This document shows positions 59,449 through 64,000 of a DNA stretch of 64,000 nucleotides, in pieces. Source of the DNA: Patescibacteria group bacterium (GTDB lineage Bacteria > Patescibacteriota > Patescibacteriia > UBA10025 > JAHIVO01); contig JAZDEZ010000021.1 in the NCBI GenBank assembly GCA_043808365.1, positions 64,403-128,402 of the forward strand. The letters are read 5' to 3'. The notes beneath the pieces were generated by a model. It saw nothing but the letters and a program-made list of their open reading frames with translations. It ran no database searches and was not told the origin of the DNA. Numbering within the stretch: position 1 is the first letter of the stretch; each line of letters opens with the position of its first letter. The translations under genes were made by a program, and so were the position numbers.

Positions 59449-61056
59449 TTATATGATTTCATCCTTTTTCTCCCGCTGGAAGCTCACCCAGTCCTCAACG
59501 ATCTCAATCAGGATTTTAAACGGGGCTTCGATGATAAAATCGAGGATAAACAGGAAGATGTTGATCTGGCTGGTTTTACTGGAGATCCACCGTCCGGCCC
59601 GCAGGACCGGCATGGCAAAAAAATCGAACAGGATGGCGCCGGCTCCCTGGCGCGGCGTGACCATAACCATTTCTTTGGCGTTGTGCCGGAGGCGCAGGCC
59701 GAAGAAGCTGATGATGGAGAGGAAGAACAGGAATAAAAACGCGCTGACCACGCTGAATTCGAAAACTTTAAGCATCCAGATGATGCCGCCGAAGGTAATG
59801 ATGAATGCCAGGCCGTAAAAAGCCGTGAAGATCGCGTTCAAGAAGCCGCTTGTCCGGATGCGTTCTTCGCGGGTGCCGAGGATTTCTTTTTCCGGCGGGT
59901 TGTAGACTACTTCCCGGATGCCCTGGATGATGCGGGCGGTGTTGGCCGCCGCTGGCACCCGGATCGAGGTGGCGATCAGGAACATCAGGATCGGATGGAA
60001 TATGACGTTGATGGCCAGCGGAGTGATTTTGACCGTGTGCAGGAAAATCGCTTCGTAGGGCAGTTCTAGGATGAAGGCCATGATGGTTTTTGTCAGGAAG
60101 ATATAAATAATGCTTCGCGTTACGCCGCGGGACAGCCGAACGCTGGCGTCGCGATATCTTTTTTCGATCGCTTGCCGGATGGCAATTTCAAATTTCTGCG
60201 GGTCGGCCACGACGTGGTCGATATGCTCTTCGTGCTCATTGAGGACGTCCCTGAGGGTGATGAATAGCGGGGCAAACCGGCGGACATACCGGAACAGCCG
60301 GTCAGAGGTGGTATTGTTTATTTGCCGTTCTATATGGCTGACCAATCCCGGCAAATAGGTGGCATATGTCGGGATTTCCGCGGTTGTCGCGTACCGCCAG
60401 CCCGGCGCGTAGTAATGGACGAGATGGTAGCGCAGCATGCCGGCATCTGATTTGATCAATGCCCGATGGATGGCGATGTAGATCTGGATGTCCTGGTCCT
60501 CTTGGCTGGGGATTTCTTCCGAGATGTTTATCTGCGGGCGGATGATCTTGTACATGCATTCCACCAGCGCGTCATCCTTGATTGACGGGTTCAGGTATTC
60601 TTCCAGCTCAAATGACGCGACAGAAATTATCCATTTGAACAGGCGCTGCCTGGATTTATAATCCAGCTGCTGTTCGCTGGAGAGCTTGGTCAGTAATACG
60701 TATTTATTGATGATCCGCTCGATGTCTGGGATGCGGGCAATCGGGAAATAGTCGTTTGGCAGGTAACCGGCCCGGATCAGCTCGCGGATGAGCGGTTCGG
60801 CGATATTCGCGCCGCGTTCGCGCATTAGGATGCGGCGTTTCAGCATGCGGGCGATGGAATTTTTTCGGATCAGGTGCTCCTCCTGGTAATCAATGGCATT
60901 TCGGACTTTTTCATACAGAAAGGCCGCTTTGGCCACGGTTTCGTGTGTTTTTACCCGGGGGTCTTCATTGGCCGTTTTAAACGCGTCAAAACCGCGCTGG
61001 TCCTGGAAAACCTTGATCAGTTCGCTGACGGCTGGCGATGTTGTCGGCTTATTCAT
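59449..61056 (-). CDS. hypothetical protein: ~330-aa soluble N-terminal region + 4-5 C-terminal TM helices
   Basis: 535 aa, with TM helices 'IIYIFLTKTIMAFILELP', 'LAINVIFHPILMFLIATSI', 'AIFTAFYGLAFIITFGGIIWML', 'VVSAFLFLFFLSIISFFGL' and 'INIFLFILDFIIEAPF'. No family recognised with confidence. Confidence 0.65.
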   Translation of the reverse strand: MNKPTTSPAVSELIKVFQDQRGFDAFKTANEDPRVKTHETVAKAAFLYEKVRNAIDYQEEHLIRKNSIARMLKRRILMRERGANIAEPLIRELIRAGYLPNDYFPIARIPDIERIINKYVLLTKLSSEQQLDYKSRQRLFKWIISVASFELEEYLNPSIKDDALVECMYKIIRPQINISEEIPSQEDQDIQIYIAIHRALIKSDAGMLRYHLVHYYAPGWRYATTAEIPTYATYLPGLVSHIERQINNTTSDRLFRYVRRFAPLFITLRDVLNEHEEHIDHVVADPQKFEIAIRQAIEKRYRDASVRLSRGVTRSIIYIFLTKTIMAFILELPYEAIFLHTVKITPLAINVIFHPILMFLIATSIRVPAAANTARIIQGIREVVYNPPEKEILGTREERIRTSGFLNAIFTAFYGLAFIITFGGIIWMLKVFEFSVVSAFLFLFFLSIISFFGLRLRHNAKEMVMVTPRQGAGAILFDFFAMPVLRAGRWISSKTSQINIFLFILDFIIEAPFKILIEIVEDWVSFQREKKDEII

Positions 61057-61100
61057 AGAGTAAAGTTAATCTGACACCCTATCGCATTTCACGTGGAATG

Positions 61101-61210
61101 TCAACCCCGTTAGAGAATGCACAATTATTATTAATTCAATTAAGGAAAATGATACAGATTACCGTCATTCTGCTAGAGATGGTATTTTGTACATTCTCTA
61201 ACGGGGTTGA
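61101..61210. repeat. 22-nt inverted repeat pair flanking a 66-nt AT-rich core (MITE-like or operator)
   Basis: TCAACCCCGTTAGAGAATGCAC (61101-61122) against GTACATTCTCTAACGGGGTTGA (61189-61210), with 1 mismatch. Confidence 0.7.
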
Positions 61211-61216
61211 GGGTAA

Positions 61217-61450
61217 TCAGAACCAGCTTGAGGTGATGGGTTTCTTGCGCAGGCTGCCCGTCCCATCCTTGTCCACGACGAATTCATACGTGCGGCCCTT
61301 GATTTTCACTTCCATCCGCTGTTTCTGGCGGGTCTCGTGGGCTGCCTGCATGAGCGGGTAGAATTTTTCCATTTTCTCATGGTAAGAAAAATAATTGAGC
61401 ATGCCGTCCTCGTCGACGACATTGCGCTCCCAATCCACCAGCATAGCCAT
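61217..61450 (-). CDS. hypothetical small protein
   Basis: 77-aa ORF in the only plausible frame. No motif recognised. Confidence 0.45.
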   Translation of the reverse strand: MAMLVDWERNVVDEDGMLNYFSYHEKMEKFYPLMQAAHETRQKQRMEVKIKGRTYEFVVDKDGTGSLRKKPITSSWF

Positions 61451-61546
61451 AGTATTGTTGGTTAGTTATTGAAAAGTAATTTCCAAATTTATCTACCTAG
61501 TGTCATTCTACCAAATCCTTGCCATTACGTCATATGCCTTGTGCTA

Positions 61547-61575
61547 TTGACATATTGTTGGCTAACTGGTAGCAT
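61547..61575 (+). promoter_or_regulatory. sigma70-like promoter candidate for the RRM gene
   Basis: TTGACA (61547-61552), 17-nt spacer, TAGCAT (61570-61575). The ~100-nt leader contains the hairpin TCTAATGT-GTTCGTA-ACATTAGA. Confidence 0.35.
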
Positions 61576-61678
61576 ATACGCGTGAATCTTTTTAGGGGTA
61601 TCTAATGTGTTCGTAACATTAGAGGAAAAGGTCTGCCTAAGTAGGGTGCACAATTTAATAAAGTTATTTCAAAATGAC

Positions 61679-62014
61679 ATGGCAAAGAAGTTGTACGTAG
61701 GAAACCTTTCCTACAATGTTACGGACGATCAGCTCCGCGACCAATTCGCCCAAGCGGGCGCAGTGGGATCGGCGCAGGTCATCATGGACCGTATGTCAGG
61801 CCGCTCCAAGGGCTTCGGCTTCGTGGAGATGGCGTCTGATGAAGAAGCGTTGAAAGCCATCGAAATGTTCAACGGCCAGGAAATGGCTGGTCGGGCCCTC
61901 GTCGTGAACGAGGCGCGTCCGATGACTGATCGCCCCCGCCGCACTGGCGGATTCGGCGGCGGTCGTGATCGAGGCGGATTCGGCGGCGGCCGGGGCGGTT
62001 CCAGCTCATGGTAA
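61679..62014 (+). CDS. RNA-binding protein, RRM (RNP-1/RNP-2) with Gly/Arg-rich tail
   Basis: Start moved to ATG 61679. RNP-2 'KLYVGNLSY', RNP-1 'KGFGFVEM', tail 'RRTGGFGGGRDRGGFGGGRGG'. Confidence 0.9.
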   Translation: MAKKLYVGNLSYNVTDDQLRDQFAQAGAVGSAQVIMDRMSGRSKGFGFVEMASDEEALKAIEMFNGQEMAGRALVVNEARPMTDRPRRTGGFGGGRDRGGFGGGRGGSSSW

Positions 62015-62032
62015 TCCTTCCGTAAGAAATAC

Positions 62033-62063
62033 AAAAAGACTCCCAGTTTTCGGGAGTCTTTTT
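62033..62063. terminator. rho-independent terminator
   Basis: AAAAAGACTCCC-AGTTTTC-GGGAGTCTTTTT, a 12-bp stem with a T-run. Confidence 0.75.
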
Positions 62064-62248
62064 GGGTAGGGACTATTCGGTTTCGCGGTTGTTGTTTGAC
62101 TTTAGGGATGTATGGAGGTAAGCTATGTAACTAAATATAAAAAACCCTTAAAACAAGCACATTAACAATTTAAAATATGATCAGAGTATACTTTGGGGCA
62201 ATTAACAAACTGGAATTTTAATCTTGACCTCATAGATTGGAGGAAAAA

Positions 62249-64000
62249 ATGTCAATTGAACAGTTGTTTTGTGATAAGTACAGCATTACCCAACAGCTTA
62301 TTGAACGTGGCGGATCCCACGAGAGTCTGCGCGATGAGTACCTTATTGGCCATGATGACAAGCGGCACGACCCGTTTGCTCATAATTTTTTTGTCTGTTG
62401 CTCGGATGACTCGGGTACGCCATGCCTCACCCTTGAGGAATATCATGCCGTCATTCACCAGATTGAACTTGGCGTGGCCGAACTTCCAGACAGGCAATTC
62501 CTTAACACCTACCTGCAAAATCGTATCCGTGAATATTGGAGCAACCGTCGCGGTGCCTGTGTGGCATTGCGCGGCCGATCATATTACCGGATGATCGAGA
62601 CTCGTGATGCGGAAGTCGTATACCGCAGTCTCATTGGAGATTTTGACGAAGATGTCAAAGTCCTCAATTTTATGGCTCGCTCAAAGGATGATTTTCCGAA
62701 AGAATTGTCATCACTGGTAGTCGAGCATGTCAAGAATGCGGTATTCCGGATCATGTATGCTTACGCCAGCAGATCGGTAACTGAACCAAGTTTCTTTAGA
62801 GTAGCGGAGTGGTATTTGCTTGATAATACTGCTCGTACGCTTTGGGAAATGCTAGTGCGCATCTTATTGCAGACGGGCTATCAGATAGAATCCCCGATTG
62901 CGGTTCACGAGGTTATTGAGATCGCTGAACGGCTGGGGATGTCAGATGATCTTTTGCGCATAAAGGAATTGGACAGCGCCAAAACACTTTTGCGCATGGC
63001 TGACGTCGTACTTGAGCATGAAGACGACATCTATGATGTCTGTATGCACATCCTATTTGGTGGGATTGAGATTCCCTACGCGCTCTATGCATATGGCATC
63101 TACCGTGGTTACCGCCATAAATTCGGCTATTTCATTCCGGCGATTTTTTCCTTGAACCGTGTCAAGAAAAGCCATATCAAGCCGGAACTTCTCGGCGATG
63201 ACGGGCATATAACCAGGGAAAGCATGTCCGCGCTGACGCCAAAACATTTCATGGATCAATTATCCTTGAAGCCTGGTGCGAATATTTTACTCGTGGATAA
63301 CAATATCACTACGGGTTATTCTATTCGCATGATGGCTGAGTCGCTCAAGCGTCATGGGTACCGGGTGCACATGGCGGTGGCCGAGGTCAATATCCAGGAG
63401 ATCAAAGGGATCTGCGATGGATTGGCCAATGTCCGGAATAAGGCGGTAGTTCTCAGTGGAAATGACCTGCATTACCGGCCTGTAGGCGAGTACGTGACGT
63501 GTTTCGGCATTAACGACTCAAGTCGGGTCTTAAACCGTATCCATGTCTTGCTGGGCCGATCTGGCAACCAGCCTCTCGATGGGTATGATTTTGATGGAAC
63601 AATCTTTAAGACCGGCCAGCTGCATCGCATGTCCTGGAACGTGGCGTTAGACAAACTGGGCATCGAATTTGACGTCGTGAATCTTCCAGACAACTCCGGT
63701 TTGACTTATAAACAAGCCGCCCTCAATACGTACAAATATCTGATTTCTCAGGGGGTGGAAATCATGATTCCCGAGGATGCGTTTGTAAAGAAGTTATGTT
63801 CCAGCAAGTTGGAGCAAATGCTGACTTTTACCGCAAACGACATCATCGCGATCGCCAAGACGGTAAACCGTATCCGGGAGGATCGGCATACGACTAAGGT
63901 TATCGTCACGAATAATCGTCTGGATTTTGTGCTCCACTGTCTTCAGCAGAAGAAATTGCTGGAGCATTTCAGCTATTTGTTTTGCGAGGATTATGCCTAT
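62249..64000 (+). CDS. multidomain protein, 3' end beyond window: unknown N-terminal ~330 aa + phosphoribosyltransferase-like + HAD-hydrolase-like
   Basis: Not in the supplied track because it has no stop in the window. Hand translation from ATG 62249 (GGAGG 6 nt upstream) gives 584 codons with no stop. PRPP-binding-type motif 'ANILLVDNNITTGYS' (about 63278-63316). HAD motif I 'YDFDGTIF' (about 63584-63607). Confidence 0.7.
   Translation, partial: MSIEQLFCDKYSITQQLIERGGSHESLRDEYLIGHDDKRHDPFAHNFFVCCSDDSGTPCLTLEEYHAVIHQIELGVAELPDRQFLNTYLQNRIREYWSNRRGACVALRGRSYYRMIETRDAEVVYRSLIGDFDEDVKVLNFMARSKDDFPKELSSLVVEHVKNAVFRIMYAYASRSVTEPSFFRVAEWYLLDNTARTLWEMLVRILLQTGYQIESPIAVHEVIEIAERLGMSDDLLRIKELDSAKTLLRMADVVLEHEDDIYDVCMHILFGGIEIPYALYAYGIYRGYRHKFGYFIPAIFSLNRVKKSHIKPELLGDDGHITRESMSALTPKHFMDQLSLKPGANILLVDNNITTGYSIRMMAESLKRHGYRVHMAVAEVNIQEIKGICDGLANVRNKAVVLSGNDLHYRPVGEYVTCFGINDSSRVLNRIHVLLGRSGNQPLDGYDFDGTIFKTGQLHRMSWNVALDKLGIEFDVVNLPDNSGLTYKQAALNTYKYLISQGVEIMIPEDAFVKKLCSSKLEQMLTFTANDIIAIAKTVNRIREDRHTTKVIVTNNRLDFVLHCLQQKKLLEHFSYLFCEDYAY

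Noticed and set aside
62193-62594. Track ORF of 133 aa, plus minus-strand ORFs at 62252..62518, 63053..63259, 63287..63472 and 63472..63693.
   Set aside because: Superseded by the 584-codon open frame starting at 62249, which has a good RBS and recognisable enzyme motifs.
1-64000. Possibility of an alternative genetic code (UGA as Gly, as in some CPR lineages).
   Set aside because: Conserved genes (ruvB, queA, pilB, pilT) are full length and end at standard stops, including TGA. No in-frame TGA is needed to restore any gene.

Overview
This 64-kb window looks like it comes from a small-genome, monoderm, CPR/Patescibacteria-like bacterium. That placement is an inference from gene content: a secretin-less type IV pilus, cohesin/dockerin proteins, SpoIID/VanW/amidase wall enzymes, small GIY-YIG ORFs beside tRNAs, and GC-rich hairpins in AT-rich spacers. 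The standard genetic code fits.

Layout, left to right:
- 1-4035: accessory DNA. It holds a type II R-M module with a controller protein, a large serine recombinase bracketed by an inverted repeat, tRNA-Glu, a GIY-YIG ORF, and a decayed duplicate of the tRNA-Glu 5' part.
- 4.1-27.8 kb: housekeeping and envelope genes. These are Hsp20, VanW, NIF3-like, ruvB, queA, SpoIID-like, flippase, GT4, two O-antigen-ligase-like genes, an amidase, and two CheY-like regulators.
- 27.8-29.1 kb: intact tRNA-Ala, tRNA-Val and tRNA-Arg, plus several hairpin-riddled tRNA fragments.
- 29.2-39.9 kb: type IV pilus locus with pilT, HK-RR-pilB-pilC, four pilin-like genes, pilM, and the major pilin.
- 39.9-59.2 kb: seven co-directional minus-strand genes forming a surface-complex locus. 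They encode two cohesin proteins, one dockerin protein, two DUF916-like membrane-anchored paralogs and a small secreted protein. The seventh is a 3,870-aa protein that shares the small protein's 143-aa C-terminal domain and starts with a MerR/excisionase-type HTH and one TM helix.
- Right end: a multi-pass membrane protein, an RRM RNA-binding protein, and a long ORF missing from the track (62249 to the window end) with PRTase and HAD motifs.

Most interesting observations:
- the HTH-anchored giant protein and its locus
- GC-hairpin elements inserted into tRNA-like genes and in frame in queA
- the GIY-YIG/tRNA-Glu duplication
- a 98-bp tandem array that conserves a 12-codon gene end through synonymous changes

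All identities and alignments were done by eye, and no database search was possible.
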